A stretch of 37,595 nt of DNA, from IMG/VR virus record IMGVR_UViG_3300010218_000100, positions 1 through 37,595 of that record; one strand, 5' to 3'. This document shows, piece by piece, positions 7,635 to 16,981 of this stretch. Source of the stretch: a virus. Its lineage: Duplodnaviria > Caudoviricetes. Positions within the stretch are counted from its first letter, which is position 1, and every line of letters starts with the position of its first letter. A program made the position numbers and the translations under genes. The notes under the pieces were generated by a model. It did no database searches. It was not told the origin of the DNA and was given only the letters and a program-made list of their open reading frames with translations.

Positions 7635-8886
7635 CGAGCACCTCCAGTGCCTGGCCGCCGGTGACGAAGCCGGGATAGCGCAGATCGTTGCGGTCCACGA
7701 TCTCCTGCTCGCGGCCAGCGTCGGCGTACAGGCGATACGCCACCACCAGCGCCGGCAACGTGGTGCCCGGGGTGAAAGTGATCAGGTCCGGCAGACCGGC
7801 GACGCGGGCGTTGATGTCGCGCACTACGGCCGCGCGAAGATCCAGCAGCTGCGGATAGAGGTCGTCGTCGGCGGTCAGCGCTTGATCGTCGATTGCATCG
7901 GTGAGCGCGTCACGCACAGCAATGGCGTCGTCGGCCGTACCGTAGCCGGTGGTGGCCGGCGTGCTCGGGTCGCTGGCCAACTGCACGTCCGTCGCCGGCA
8001 GGGTTTGCGCCGGTACCTTGGAGGCTGCCCCGGCAGCCTGCGCGATCGCGGCACCCCGCACCAGCCCTTGCAGTGCCGAACGATTGGCCGCCTGCTGCTG
8101 ACGCGCCGGCGTGCTGCCCGTGACGGCGGGCTGGTCCGCGCCGAAGTCCAGCAGGTTGCGATAGAGCCCCAAGGCCTCCAGCGGCTGGCGGGCGATGGTG
8201 CCCAGGCCAAGCACCAGGTCGATCACGCCGGCGCCGAGGTTGAACGGCGTGCGGATCAGGCTGGACAGCCCGTTGGAGAACGCCTGCAGCTGGGCGTTGA
8301 ACGCGGTGACCGAATCCGGAAGCCCGGGGATGCTATCGCGCAGCGCCTGCAGCTGGTCGGTGAGGCCGGTCAGGTCGCTGGTGCCTGCATCGCTGACCCA
8401 CTGCGGCGTTCCCTCGACGCTCCATTTGCTGGCAAAGCTGTTGGCCAGCACCGTGCCGGTCGCCGAGGCCTGGTCTTGCACCTTGGCCGCGGTGTCGGTG
8501 GTGGCCTCAGGCTCCAGCTTCTCGCCGGCTTCGACAAACGGGATGCGGAAGCGCGCCAGGCCACCCTCCCGGGTGCTTTCATTCACGCTCGCCGGCTGCG
8601 GCACCACCACGCGGCGCGTGCCGTAGTAGGGGTGAACGAGGGTGCCGGCGCCGGGCGCTTCCAGCGCAGCGATCAGGCGATCGCGCGCGGCCATGTAATC
8701 CGGCCCCAGCACCAGGCACTCGATCGAGAACTGGCGCGCGCGGCGGCCAAGGTCCTCGCCATAGGGCGTATTGCGCAGCGGATATTCATGCAACGCGACG
8801 CGCCGGCCGAACTCGGCCGACGAACCGTCAATCAGGAAAGGCACGCCCCGGAAAGAGCCGGGCTGCAATTCGTCACGCCAGGCCAT
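7627..8886 (-). CDS. DNA circularization protein, Mu gp43 (N)-like
   Basis: W...L...SFRGVPF......FGRR...HEYP.R.....EDLG N-terminus; PALV.AY.LY C-terminus. Confidence 0.93.
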   Translation of the reverse strand: MAWRDELQPGSFRGVPFLIDGSSAEFGRRVALHEYPLRNTPYGEDLGRRARQFSIECLVLGPDYMAARDRLIAALEAPGAGTLVHPYYGTRRVVVPQPASVNESTREGGLARFRIPFVEAGEKLEPEATTDTAAKVQDQASATGTVLANSFASKWSVEGTPQWVSDAGTSDLTGLTDQLQALRDSIPGLPDSVTAFNAQLQAFSNGLSSLIRTPFNLGAGVIDLVLGLGTIARQPLEALGLYRNLLDFGADQPAVTGSTPARQQQAANRSALQGLVRGAAIAQAAGAASKVPAQTLPATDVQLASDPSTPATTGYGTADDAIAVRDALTDAIDDQALTADDDLYPQLLDLRAAVVRDINARVAGLPDLITFTPGTTLPALVVAYRLYADAGREQEIVDRNDLRYPGFVTGGQALEVLGE

Positions 8887-8926
8887 TTGCTAAGCTCCCG
8901 GCGCAAACCACGGAAAGGGGACCACC

Positions 8927-9352
8927 ATGAAGCGCCCGGCTGCACTGGCAATGACGTTTGTTTTCGGCGTAGCTCTTGTCGGCCTTTACCTGTGGCTCAC
9001 GGACGAAAAACCCGTGGAGGTAGTGCAAGCCGCCGACCAATCCGACGAGCTGGACGCCGAAGGGCTGATCGCCATAGACGGCAAGGCCATGACCATGCCC
9101 GGCCACATGGTGGCGGGCGCCTTCGGATGTCAGTCGCGCGATACGTTCGATCGAATTACCCATCAGCTTCGCGAAGAAAATCGCGCGGCCGCGTCCGAGC
9201 TGCTTAAGGATGGAGTCAATTCGGGCGAATGCGCCCTTTTCAAGAAGGGCCAGCGCGTCGAAGTGGCGACGACCAAAGTCGGCCTTGCCAAGGTTCACCG
9301 GCAAGGCGATTCCTCGGAGTACTGGACGCTGAGCGAAGCAGTCTCCCTTTAG
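8927..9352 (+). CDS. Moron-like membrane-anchored hypothetical protein, antisense within the tail operon
   Basis: GAAAGGGG RBS; N-terminal TM helix; two Cys; fills the gap between tape measure and gp43; visibly lower GC than neighbours. Confidence 0.75.
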   Translation: MKRPAALAMTFVFGVALVGLYLWLTDEKPVEVVQAADQSDELDAEGLIAIDGKAMTMPGHMVAGAFGCQSRDTFDRITHQLREENRAAASELLKDGVNSGECALFKKGQRVEVATTKVGLAKVHRQGDSSEYWTLSEAVSL

Positions 9353-9354
9353 CA

Positions 9355-11274
9355 TCACGGCAGCATCATCATCATGCCGACATCGAGCGGCACACGCGGG
9401 TTGTCGCTCTTGACTTGCTTGACCTTTGCGCGCCCCTCCTGGTCGATTTGAATTTTGATGGTGCCGCCCACCTGGGTCTGCGCCGCGAGGCCGCGATAGC
9501 TCGCCTGGCTCTCGGGCGTGCCCATCAGTTCCTTCACCCGCTTGTCGATTTCCGCGGCATTGGCCGAGCCACCGCGCCACCAGTGATCCAGCTGCATATG
9601 CGCCAGCTTCATCGCCGCGCCGCGATCGCCACCGGCCGCCGCCCCTTGGAGCTCCCGCGCGCTACGCGCATCGCTGCCCTCGGCCGAGGTCTGCGACAGG
9701 GCGCCCAGCACGGGCGTGAGGCGCGCCAGCCAGGGCATGGCATACGTGAACCACTTGGCGCCGCCGCGCTTGGCCGCGGCCTTTTCCGCTGCCTTCTCCG
9801 CTGTGGTCCCCGTCCCGGGCAGGCCGGCAATGCCACCGGCCGGAAAGTTGGTGACGAACACCGGCACCACACCGGTCGCAGCCTCGACGGCCTTGCCCTC
9901 GGCGATGCCCGCAGCTACACCACCGCCCCGCTTGAGCAGGTTCTTGAACAGGCGCCCGCCAGGACCGGCGGCGCGCGCCAGGCGGTAGATGCCATACGCA
10001 CCGGCTGCACCTACGGCGGTGGCGCTGCCGTAGGACACGCCCTTTGCCAGCCCAGGGTGGTCGGTTGCTAGCTTGCCGAGTGCTCCGCTCAGTTGGTTGG
10101 TCTTCTCGATCGCAATAGAGAGATCCGAAAGCAACGGGTCGAACAGGGTTGCCAGCGTGGTCTCGTTCGTCGAAGACAGCATTTGCGACTTCGCGATCAG
10201 TCCCTTTTCCCAGGTGTTTTGCTGCTGCTCCAGGCCGGCCTGCTGGCCGTAAGAATCCTTGATTTCCCAATAGCTCTTGACGCCCGGCATGCTGGGCGCG
10301 ATCAACTGCGTCACGGCTTTGCCGCCGGTTTGACCGAAGAGCAGGCCCAGCATCTTGTTGCGCTGTTCCTGCGTCATGTGCTCGGTGCGCTTCTGGATCA
10401 GGCGGATGGACTCGTCCAAGCCGATGAAGGCGCCCTTCTTGTCGTAGAAGTCGAAGCCCGATTCCTTCATCCACTTGCGGCCGCGATAGCTGCCGCCGGT
10501 GATACGCGAAAGGAACTCGCCAAGGTCCGAGCCCGCCTCCTCTCCCAGCGGCGCCAGCGCCTTGAGCGCGATCGCCGTGGACTTCAGGTCCATGTTGCCG
10601 AACATGTGCGCGCGGCTGCCCACCTGGTCCAGGTTGTGGAACAGCTGGGTGAGGCTGCCGGAACTGGTAACGCTGGCCCGGGCGATGATGTCCGCGGCGT
10701 CGCCGTACTGGTCCGGCCGCAGCTGGAAGCTATGGCCCAGGTTGGCGATGTCCATCGCCACCGTGGCCGGGTCCATCTTCTTGGTTTCGGCCAGCACCTC
10801 GGTCATGTAGGCCGCGCCGTGGCGCACCAGATGACCCTTGCTGTCGTATTTCTCCAGGATCGCCTCAAGCGGCACGCCACCCTGGTAAAGCTCGCGGGTC
10901 ACATCGGTGACTGCCGTCGCGCTGTACTTCATGTGGCTGGCCACGTCGATCGAGTTGGCACGCACGCGCGCCATCTGATCGGCCAGCAGCTTTGCATTTG
11001 GGTGGGCGCCCTGCAGGATGCCTTCCACGCTCAGCAGCGATTCCTGCAGCTCAGCCGCGTCGCGCACTGCAGGCTTGAGCTTGTCGTAGCCGTAGCTGGC
11101 CACCGCGAGCGACTTCAGTCCGGCACCCGTGTGCCGGATCATCTCGTCGTAGTCGCGTTGCATGGCCTTGGCTTGCGCGCCGGCGCCGCCGATCTCCGAG
11201 CGGAAGCGCCGCAGCACTCCGCTGAAGAGGTCGACGGCGCTGATACGCATGGCTAGCTTCAGGGTGTCGCTCAT
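9355..11274 (-). CDS. Tail tape measure protein, 639 aa
   Basis: Position after the chaperone; ..AVD.FSG.LR N-terminus; helical Ala/Gly-rich core; V.PVFVTN motif. Confidence 0.9.
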   Translation of the reverse strand: MSDTLKLAMRISAVDLFSGVLRRFRSEIGGAGAQAKAMQRDYDEMIRHTGAGLKSLAVASYGYDKLKPAVRDAAELQESLLSVEGILQGAHPNAKLLADQMARVRANSIDVASHMKYSATAVTDVTRELYQGGVPLEAILEKYDSKGHLVRHGAAYMTEVLAETKKMDPATVAMDIANLGHSFQLRPDQYGDAADIIARASVTSSGSLTQLFHNLDQVGSRAHMFGNMDLKSTAIALKALAPLGEEAGSDLGEFLSRITGGSYRGRKWMKESGFDFYDKKGAFIGLDESIRLIQKRTEHMTQEQRNKMLGLLFGQTGGKAVTQLIAPSMPGVKSYWEIKDSYGQQAGLEQQQNTWEKGLIAKSQMLSSTNETTLATLFDPLLSDLSIAIEKTNQLSGALGKLATDHPGLAKGVSYGSATAVGAAGAYGIYRLARAAGPGGRLFKNLLKRGGGVAAGIAEGKAVEAATGVVPVFVTNFPAGGIAGLPGTGTTAEKAAEKAAAKRGGAKWFTYAMPWLARLTPVLGALSQTSAEGSDARSARELQGAAAGGDRGAAMKLAHMQLDHWWRGGSANAAEIDKRVKELMGTPESQASYRGLAAQTQVGGTIKIQIDQEGRAKVKQVKSDNPRVPLDVGMMMMLP

Positions 11275-11278
11275 CGCC

Positions 11279-11434
11279 TCAGTCGTCGGTGTCGGTTTTA
11301 GTCATGGTTCGTACGAAGAGGTCGAACACGCTGCGCGGCAGTTCGGTGATTTCCCGGTAGCTCCACCCCGTGCGGGTGCCCAGCATCAGCACCTGGAGGT
11401 GGTGCGCCTTTAGCTGCCGGGTTCCTCTTTTCCC
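11279..11434 (-). CDS. -1 frameshift extension of the tail assembly chaperone (GT / E+E'-like)
   Basis: Slippery G GGA AAA at 11434-11428; the -1 frame is open to TGA 11279 and encodes ...TGWSYREITELPRSVFDLF..., ending 4 nt before the tape measure start. Confidence 0.8.
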   Translation of the reverse strand, partial: GKRGTRQLKAHHLQVLMLGTRTGWSYREITELPRSVFDLFVRTMTKTDTDD

Positions 11435-11709
11435 TGCTGGTCTGCCTTGTCCATCTCCTCGCAGAGCTGGTCAAAGTCGGCCGGGTGGAGCTTGCGGATC
11501 AGCTTCAGGTCGATCGGGCCGGACAGCTCGCCCAGCCGGACCAGCTGACGGCCAAGCAGAGCGCCCTTGAACGCCAGGCGCCTGCTGACCGGCGCCTGTT
11601 CCTCGGCGTCGAACAGATCGGCCGTGGTGGCCTCGCGGATCTCGTAGTCCTTGTAGGTGGCCTCGCCGACCTTGAGGCCATGCTTGAGGGAGCCCGTGAT
11701 GTTGCTCAT
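11410..11709 (-). CDS. Tail assembly chaperone, Mu gp41-like
   Basis: L.HGL......K...IRE.T..DL..AE...L...DF..L motif; lies between tube and tape measure; ATGA overlap. Confidence 0.88.
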   Translation of the reverse strand: MSNITGSLKHGLKVGEATYKDYEIREATTADLFDAEEQAPVSRRLAFKGALLGRQLVRLGELSGPIDLKLIRKLHPADFDQLCEEMDKADQQGKEEPGS

Positions 11710-12068
11710 GCCACGCGCTCCGCTTTCGCCGCGCAGAACTTCAGCGTGGTCTTGCCACCGTTGGTGGCGGCGCCTGCCTCGACCGGGGTCGCGTTCCAGG
11801 CATGCGGCAGCACGTAGCACTGGCCGCTGTCGCACTGGAAGGTGATCGTGGCGTCGCTGATGCTGTTGAGCGCGTCCAGATCGGTGTCGGCGCCGATGAA
11901 CACGCTGACGTCCACCGTCGCCTCCATCGTTTCCTCGGCGAAGCCGTAGACCTCGGTGCCCTTGACCGTGTTGCGGTTCACGCCGCCCAGGTTGAGCTTG
12001 CTGGAGTCGTCCACCAGCAAGCGGCGCCCGTCGACCGCCACCTCCGCTTTACCGAACATCTTTGCCAT
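11706..12068 (-). CDS. Tail tube protein (Mu gpM-like)
   Basis: 120 aa after the sheath; LNLGG..R..V.G..V.GF.E motif. Confidence 0.9.
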   Translation of the reverse strand: MAKMFGKAEVAVDGRRLLVDDSSKLNLGGVNRNTVKGTEVYGFAEETMEATVDVSVFIGADTDLDALNSISDATITFQCDSGQCYVLPHAWNATPVEAGAATNGGKTTLKFCAAKAERVA

Positions 12069-12083
12069 TAGGTGTTACCTCTC

Positions 12084-13556
12084 TCAGACGATGAACTGGA
12101 TCTGCTCGGCGAAGATCCGCAGCTGGTTGATCAGGTTCGGGCTCGACAGCACGTTCGCCCGGTTCGGATCATTGGGATCGATCTGCACCACCAGATCGCG
12201 CTTGAACTGCTCCAGGTCCTCGATCAACCCGGCGTCCACCAGGTCGCCTGCCAGCGCGATCAGCTCGCCGCGCAGGATGGTGGGCGTAACGATCGCCTGG
12301 CCCGGCGCCGGCTTGACCGTGTCGCCGGCGAGCTTGTGGCGGGGGAACTTGCTGGTGATCCGCGCGCGGGTGGCGAAGCGGATGTAGCTCAGCGTCGCGA
12401 TCGTCTCGACGTCCAGGTAGCTGGTATCGGGGAGGTCGAAGGCGTTCTTCTGGAACATCGTCACCTGGCGCTCGATCAGCACGTTGCCGCCCGCGTCCAC
12501 CTTGTGGGTCGCGATGCCGCTGTGCAGCTGCAGGTTGCGCTCCTCGAAGATGAAGCGATCGCCTTGGGCCGGCGGCAGGATGCCGGGCAGTGCCAGCGTC
12601 TGCAGCGGCCGCGCCGGATCGATCGCCAGCGAGGCCGCGGCCACCGCCGCGTTCACAGCCGCCCACAGGTAGGGCGGCTGCGGCGCTTTCGCCGTGCCCA
12701 TGCAGGTCACCAGGTGCGAGTTGCGGCCGAGTCCGAAGCTGTCCGTCTCCGAGGCGGTGCCGCGGAACGCAATGTAGGCCACGCCATCGATCTGCCGCAC
12801 GCCACCGAAACGGCTGGCCAGCTCGGTCTCCAGCGCGGTCAGGTTGCCCGCGTCGGTGTAGGGCATGACGATGGATTGATACCAGTCGTCGCCCATCGCG
12901 GCGATCGCGTCGGCAACGTCCGGGTTGGTGGTGCCGCCGTTCATGGCCGTGATGGTCACTTGCAGGCCCGCGGGGGTCAGCTCGCCCGCGTAGTAGTTGA
13001 GGCGCAGGTCCAGGTCGTTGGCGACCAGGCCCTTGTGGCGCGCGGTGAGGTCCACCTGGCCGGCGGTCACGCCGTTCACGGCCGCGGTCACCGGCAGCGC
13101 GGTATTGGCCTGGATGGCGGCGACCGTTGCGGCGGCCACGGCCGCCGGGTCGTCGCCGGCGGCCACGCCGACCGCTACCTTGGTGCCGGCCACGTAGAGG
13201 TTCAGCGTGCCGTTCTGCGTCGCGGCCCCGGCGAACACGACCTTGCCGGTGGCGGCGGCGCCGGCGCCGTCATCGTCCAGCGCGATCGCCACCATGCGGG
13301 TGTAGCTGTTGGCCTTCTTCATGGCCGCGAGCATCGAGGCGAGCATCGAGCCGCGGCCGAAGCACTGCTCGGCCTGGTCGGCGCCGAGGATTTCGGTCGG
13401 CACGCCCGCCTGCACGGTGCCGGTCGCCAGGCGCTGGCCAAGCACCAGGATGGTGTAGCCGTCGCTGGCCAGCCCGGCCTGCGCGCGCGAGTTGTTGAAC
13501 TCGACGTAGGCGAGCGGGACGCGGACGTCGCTGGGGATGGTGTCGAAGCTGATCAT
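12084..13556 (-). CDS. Tail sheath protein (Mu gpL-like)
   Basis: ISFD.IP...RVPL.Y.EF, FG.GS.L..M and DPARPLQTL motifs. Confidence 0.95.
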   Translation of the reverse strand: MISFDTIPSDVRVPLAYVEFNNSRAQAGLASDGYTILVLGQRLATGTVQAGVPTEILGADQAEQCFGRGSMLASMLAAMKKANSYTRMVAIALDDDGAGAAATGKVVFAGAATQNGTLNLYVAGTKVAVGVAAGDDPAAVAAATVAAIQANTALPVTAAVNGVTAGQVDLTARHKGLVANDLDLRLNYYAGELTPAGLQVTITAMNGGTTNPDVADAIAAMGDDWYQSIVMPYTDAGNLTALETELASRFGGVRQIDGVAYIAFRGTASETDSFGLGRNSHLVTCMGTAKAPQPPYLWAAVNAAVAAASLAIDPARPLQTLALPGILPPAQGDRFIFEERNLQLHSGIATHKVDAGGNVLIERQVTMFQKNAFDLPDTSYLDVETIATLSYIRFATRARITSKFPRHKLAGDTVKPAPGQAIVTPTILRGELIALAGDLVDAGLIEDLEQFKRDLVVQIDPNDPNRANVLSSPNLINQLRIFAEQIQFIV

Positions 13557-13756
13557 TTGGCCTCACCTTTGTTGGCGGTTGCCGCCTTCGCGGCCTGGGG
13601 AGCCTTGCCCTCGCTTACGTCGCCGTCGCGGCGGCGGCGCAGCCAGTACGGCGAACGCGGCTTGTTGGCGCCCGCTTCCGGCAGCGGTTTGCCGGTAGCC
13701 GGGTCGCGCACGGTCACGCCGGCTTTGGGAATCAGGTAGAAATCGGGAAGAGGCAT
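13553..13756 (-). CDS. Mu gp38 (DUF2635)-like protein
   Basis: P..G..VRDP.TG..LP..G......YW.RR..DGDV motif. Confidence 0.88.
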   Translation of the reverse strand: MPLPDFYLIPKAGVTVRDPATGKPLPEAGANKPRSPYWLRRRRDGDVSEGKAPQAAKAATANKGEAK

Positions 13757-13767
13757 CGCGCTCGCTC

Positions 13768-14316
13768 CTACTGCGGCAGGGTGTCGGTTTCGGTGATATC
13801 GATCTGGCCGTCAGCCGGCGCCACATCGATGTCCTGGTGGAAGGTGGCGAACACGCCGAGCGTGTCGAGCGTGGCCTGATCCACCGCTGGGCTGCTGTCC
13901 ACCTGGTCGAACGTGACGGCCCACAGCGCCACGCCGAGCTTGTCGATCTGGCCCGCGTACAGGTTGCGGGCGTCGATGTCCGTGGGAGCCGAGAGGCTGT
14001 CGAGGCCCCATGTGTTTTCTTCGATCCGGCGCTCGATCGTTTCGGCCAGCGCCAGCGCGCCAGCGTCGCGCTCGAGCTTGGGCGCATCCTTAGTGATCAC
14101 GAACACCACCCAGCGCCCGCGCAGCTGCACCATGCCGCCGCCCGGGCTCACCGGCTTGAAGCCCACGCAGGCCACCAGCACCTGCGGCGCCTTCAGGGCG
14201 AAGCGCTGGATCTCGGCGGCGTTGTCGAACCGACCGCGATGCGAGGTGACGGTCACGCCCGGCAGGGCGGCCTTCAGGTCATCCACGATCGCCTGGCGCT
14301 GGGCAAGCATGCTCAT
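13768..14316 (-). CDS. Tail terminator, Mu gp37 (DUF1834)-like
   Basis: Synteny before gp38 and sheath; V..H.G.F and NLY.......G..L.AV.F motifs. Confidence 0.75.
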   Translation of the reverse strand: MSMLAQRQAIVDDLKAALPGVTVTSHRGRFDNAAEIQRFALKAPQVLVACVGFKPVSPGGGMVQLRGRWVVFVITKDAPKLERDAGALALAETIERRIEENTWGLDSLSAPTDIDARNLYAGQIDKLGVALWAVTFDQVDSSPAVDQATLDTLGVFATFHQDIDVAPADGQIDITETDTLPQ

Positions 14317-14780
14317 GCCGCGCGCCCCTGCAGGTGCTGATCGAGCCAGTCGCTGGCCACCATCGCCAGATCCATGCGGTTCTCCTCGGACAGGCCGAGG
14401 AACTCACGCGCGGGCAGCCCGGGCTTGCCGACCTCGGCGCCGCCGAAGTTTTGGATGGCCGCGTAGACCAGGTTGGAGCCCACGTCCACGTCCTTGCCCG
14501 TCAACTCGACCAGGTGCGTCATGCTCTGCAGTAGGTGGTTCTCCGACTGCAGCAGGCTGTGCCCGGCATGGCGGGTCGCGGCATAGGCCTCCGACCAGGA
14601 TGGCCATGCGACACCGTCCGGCGAGGTCTTCTCGTCGGAAATGCGGCGCTGGATCTGCGTGACCGCCTCCGCGCCAAGGCTGTCCATCAGCTCGCGTTTG
14701 TCCATGTCGATCACCGCGCTAACGCGACGCTGCACGTCAGCGAAGTGATCCAGCGACCATTGGAGGCCGACGCCGCTCAC
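14313..14780 (-). CDS. Virion morphogenesis / tail completion protein (Mu gpG, P2 gpS family)
   Basis: SPDG..W, VGSNLVYAAI.NFGG and PAREFLGLS motifs. Confidence 0.92.
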   Translation of the reverse strand: MSGVGLQWSLDHFADVQRRVSAVIDMDKRELMDSLGAEAVTQIQRRISDEKTSPDGVAWPSWSEAYAATRHAGHSLLQSENHLLQSMTHLVELTGKDVDVGSNLVYAAIQNFGGAEVGKPGLPAREFLGLSEENRMDLAMVASDWLDQHLQGRAA

Positions 14781-15187
14781 CAGGTCCGCGCCTTGTTGCG
14801 GCCGAACATGCGCTCCGGCCCGACGAACACGGCCTGCTGGCCGGTGGTCGCCGGCGGCGTGGGCAGGCCCAGCTGCAGCACGCCGGTGGCGATGCTCTTC
14901 AGCAGCTTGAGCGCATCGTCATAGCGCTTGCGCTGCTCCTCGGTCGGCAGGGAGGCCAGCTTGTAAACCGCCACGTCGACCGCGATCGCCACCAGCAGGT
15001 CCGGCACGGTGGCCAGCGGCAGCTGGTAGCGCTCCACCAGGTGGGCGTCGACCAGCTGGTCCGCATCGCTCAGCGCCAGCGCCACCGCGTCGGCATCGAC
15101 CACACCGTCACCATCGCGGTCGGCGATGGTGAGCAGCAGCTCGCCGCCATAGCGGTTATCGATGTCGGCCTGGACGGCGTAGCTCAT
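14777..15187 (-). CDS. Head-tail connector, Mu gp36 (DUF1320)-like
   Basis: Y....D...RYG, RY.LPL..VP..L and RY.DA...L..IA.G...LG motifs. Confidence 0.92.
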   Translation of the reverse strand: MSYAVQADIDNRYGGELLLTIADRDGDGVVDADAVALALSDADQLVDAHLVERYQLPLATVPDLLVAIAVDVAVYKLASLPTEEQRKRYDDALKLLKSIATGVLQLGLPTPPATTGQQAVFVGPERMFGRNKARTW

Positions 15188-15196
15188 GGCGGCGGC

Positions 15197-15523
15197 TTAC
15201 TCGTCGGTCCCGGCGGTCGCGGTGGCGTCAGCCACCGGCACCAGCACCAGCGCCTCGGGCGCGCCCTCGGTCAGCGCCACCGCGATCTTGGCGCCGATGA
15301 TGCGCAGGGACGATTCGTCCTTCAGCACCTGCAGCTGCTCTTTGCTGAGCGCGTCCGGGTTGAGGTAGGTCGGATGCTCCTGGGTGAAAGCCACGCCCAG
15401 GCGGCGGAAGCTCTTGCCGACCGAGCGCACTTCCAGAACGCCGACTTCGCGGATCTCGACCTTGGGTGCCGGCGGCGTCGTCTGGTCGTTCTTGGCGCCG
15501 GCGTTGCTCGCGTTCTTGCCCAT
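15197..15523 (-). CDS. Mu gp35/HI1506-like head-associated protein
   Basis: FRRLG.AFT......L..EQL..L..E..L motif; AAGAGG RBS; position after the capsid gene. Confidence 0.65.
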   Translation of the reverse strand: MGKNASNAGAKNDQTTPPAPKVEIREVGVLEVRSVGKSFRRLGVAFTQEHPTYLNPDALSKEQLQVLKDESSLRIIGAKIAVALTEGAPEALVLVPVADATATAGTDE

Positions 15524-15554
15524 GTTGCGGTGTCCTCTTGGCTGTCGAATGGCG

Positions 15555-15640
15555 CGGCGCCCGGGCTCACCCGGGCGCCGGCCTACTGCTCAGGCCTCGC
15601 GGCCTCTCGGAGTGCCCCAGCAAGGGGCGTTGCATCCGTG
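15555..15640 (-). other. Multi-hairpin element downstream of the major capsid gene
   Basis: On the - strand: GCCCC-TTGCT-GGGGC within CGGA/TCCG, AGGCC-GCGA-GGCCT (GNRA loop), and an 11-bp CGGCGCCCGGG-TGAG-CCCGGGCGCCG hairpin. Confidence 0.55.
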
Positions 15641-15647
15641 GGTGCTA

Positions 15648-16568
15648 TCAGCCGGCGCCGGTCGAGCCGTAGCTCATCTGCCAGAAGCTGTAGCCACCAG
15701 CCGCGCGGGCCTCGGCGCCGTACTTGTATTCGCCGCGGCTGAACACGTCGTCGGAGTCCGTGTTGATCTGCTGCACGAACACCGGCGCCTTGCGCTGCTG
15801 GTAGATGAAGGGCTTCACCGGCCGGCTGGTGCAATGCAAGAACCACGCGGTGGCACTGGTCAGGCGCGGGTTCACGATGACCTTGGCGGTGCCCTTGTAC
15901 GGGTTCGGGGTCTTGTCGCCGAGGAACTCGTTATTGCAGATGACGTTGGCCACCGCTTCGAGCGCCGGCGGCACTTCCAGCACATCAGGCACCAGGCCCA
16001 GCGCGCGGCCCTCGTTGTCCTTCATGGTCATGATGGCGGTGCGGGCGGCGCCGTAGCTGCCCTGGACGTCTGCCAGCGTGGCGTAGGAGAGCACCGCGGT
16101 GCCCTTGTTGCTGACGCTCGACACGTTGCCCTGGCCGTCCTCGACCGGGTGATCGGTGTCGTAGAAGTACTGGCCGTCGTAGCACTTGTTCACGAAGGCG
16201 TTGTTCTTCAGGTCGGCAACGATCTCGTCGGGCAGCGTCTTGGCGCTGTAGCCGGCGTCCTGCGCCATCGGGGCGTAAATGCCCAGGTTGTCGTCCTCGA
16301 TGTCGTTGCGCCGCACGGACACGGTCGCCTCGAAGTCGTCGTTGACCACCGCGTAGGTGTTGGCCTTCAGGGCCTTGACCGCCTTCTCGCCGATCCACTT
16401 GCGCATCTTCGGGAAGCGATCGAGCCAGTCGTAGTTGTTCTGGCTGCTGCCCGAGGGGACCAGCATCGCGGTCTGCGACCACTGCGAAGGCGCCGCCTCG
16501 AACGCCTTGTTGAAGGTGGTCTTGAGGTTGAGGAAAACCCCGACCAGGTTCTCTTTGTTGATCAGCAT
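15648..16568 (-). CDS. Major capsid protein, Mu gpT family
   Basis: Y.WL..FP.MR.WIG, N..FE.TV.V.R..IEDD..G.Y and CYDGQ.F.DTDHP motifs; AAGGAG RBS; start re-picked at 16568. Confidence 0.96.
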   Translation of the reverse strand: MLINKENLVGVFLNLKTTFNKAFEAAPSQWSQTAMLVPSGSSQNNYDWLDRFPKMRKWIGEKAVKALKANTYAVVNDDFEATVSVRRNDIEDDNLGIYAPMAQDAGYSAKTLPDEIVADLKNNAFVNKCYDGQYFYDTDHPVEDGQGNVSSVSNKGTAVLSYATLADVQGSYGAARTAIMTMKDNEGRALGLVPDVLEVPPALEAVANVICNNEFLGDKTPNPYKGTAKVIVNPRLTSATAWFLHCTSRPVKPFIYQQRKAPVFVQQINTDSDDVFSRGEYKYGAEARAAGGYSFWQMSYGSTGAG

Positions 16569-16579
16569 CGGTGCGCTCC

Positions 16580-16981
16580 TTAGACGATCCAGACGCCGCT
16601 GGCATCGACACCGATGACGATGCCGGCCGCGGATTGGGTGTTGCCGCCGGCGTTGGTCTTCGAGACGGTTTCGTCGTCGACGATCCAGGCGGTCTTGCCC
16701 AGGCTTGCCTGGGTGACGGGGTCGGTGCCGGAGTTTTTCCACAGGAACGCCTGGCCACGGCGCACCAGGATCTGGACGTCACCGTCCGCGCCGTTGGTGT
16801 TGTCGGCGAACTCTTCGGCCCGCCCGAGGTAGATCAGGGTCGCGGCGGTGGAACCACGCGCAGCGAAGCCGGTGGCGTTGGCCACCACCAGGGCGCCGGC
16901 GAAGATCTTGGCGCCGGCGGCGACCGGCACGGCGATGACCTTGCCGTCCTTGCTCGGGGTGTTGCGATCGGCGTTGAGCAT
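16580..16981 (-). CDS. Probable capsid cement/decoration protein
   Basis: PVAA...IF.GALV...G.A...DD.TV......AG......GVWI pattern; lies between protease and capsid genes. Confidence 0.7.
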   Translation of the reverse strand: MLNADRNTPSKDGKVIAVPVAAGAKIFAGALVVANATGFAARGSTAATLIYLGRAEEFADNTNGADGDVQILVRRGQAFLWKNSGTDPVTQASLGKTAWIVDDETVSKTNAGGNTQSAAGIVIGVDASGVWIV

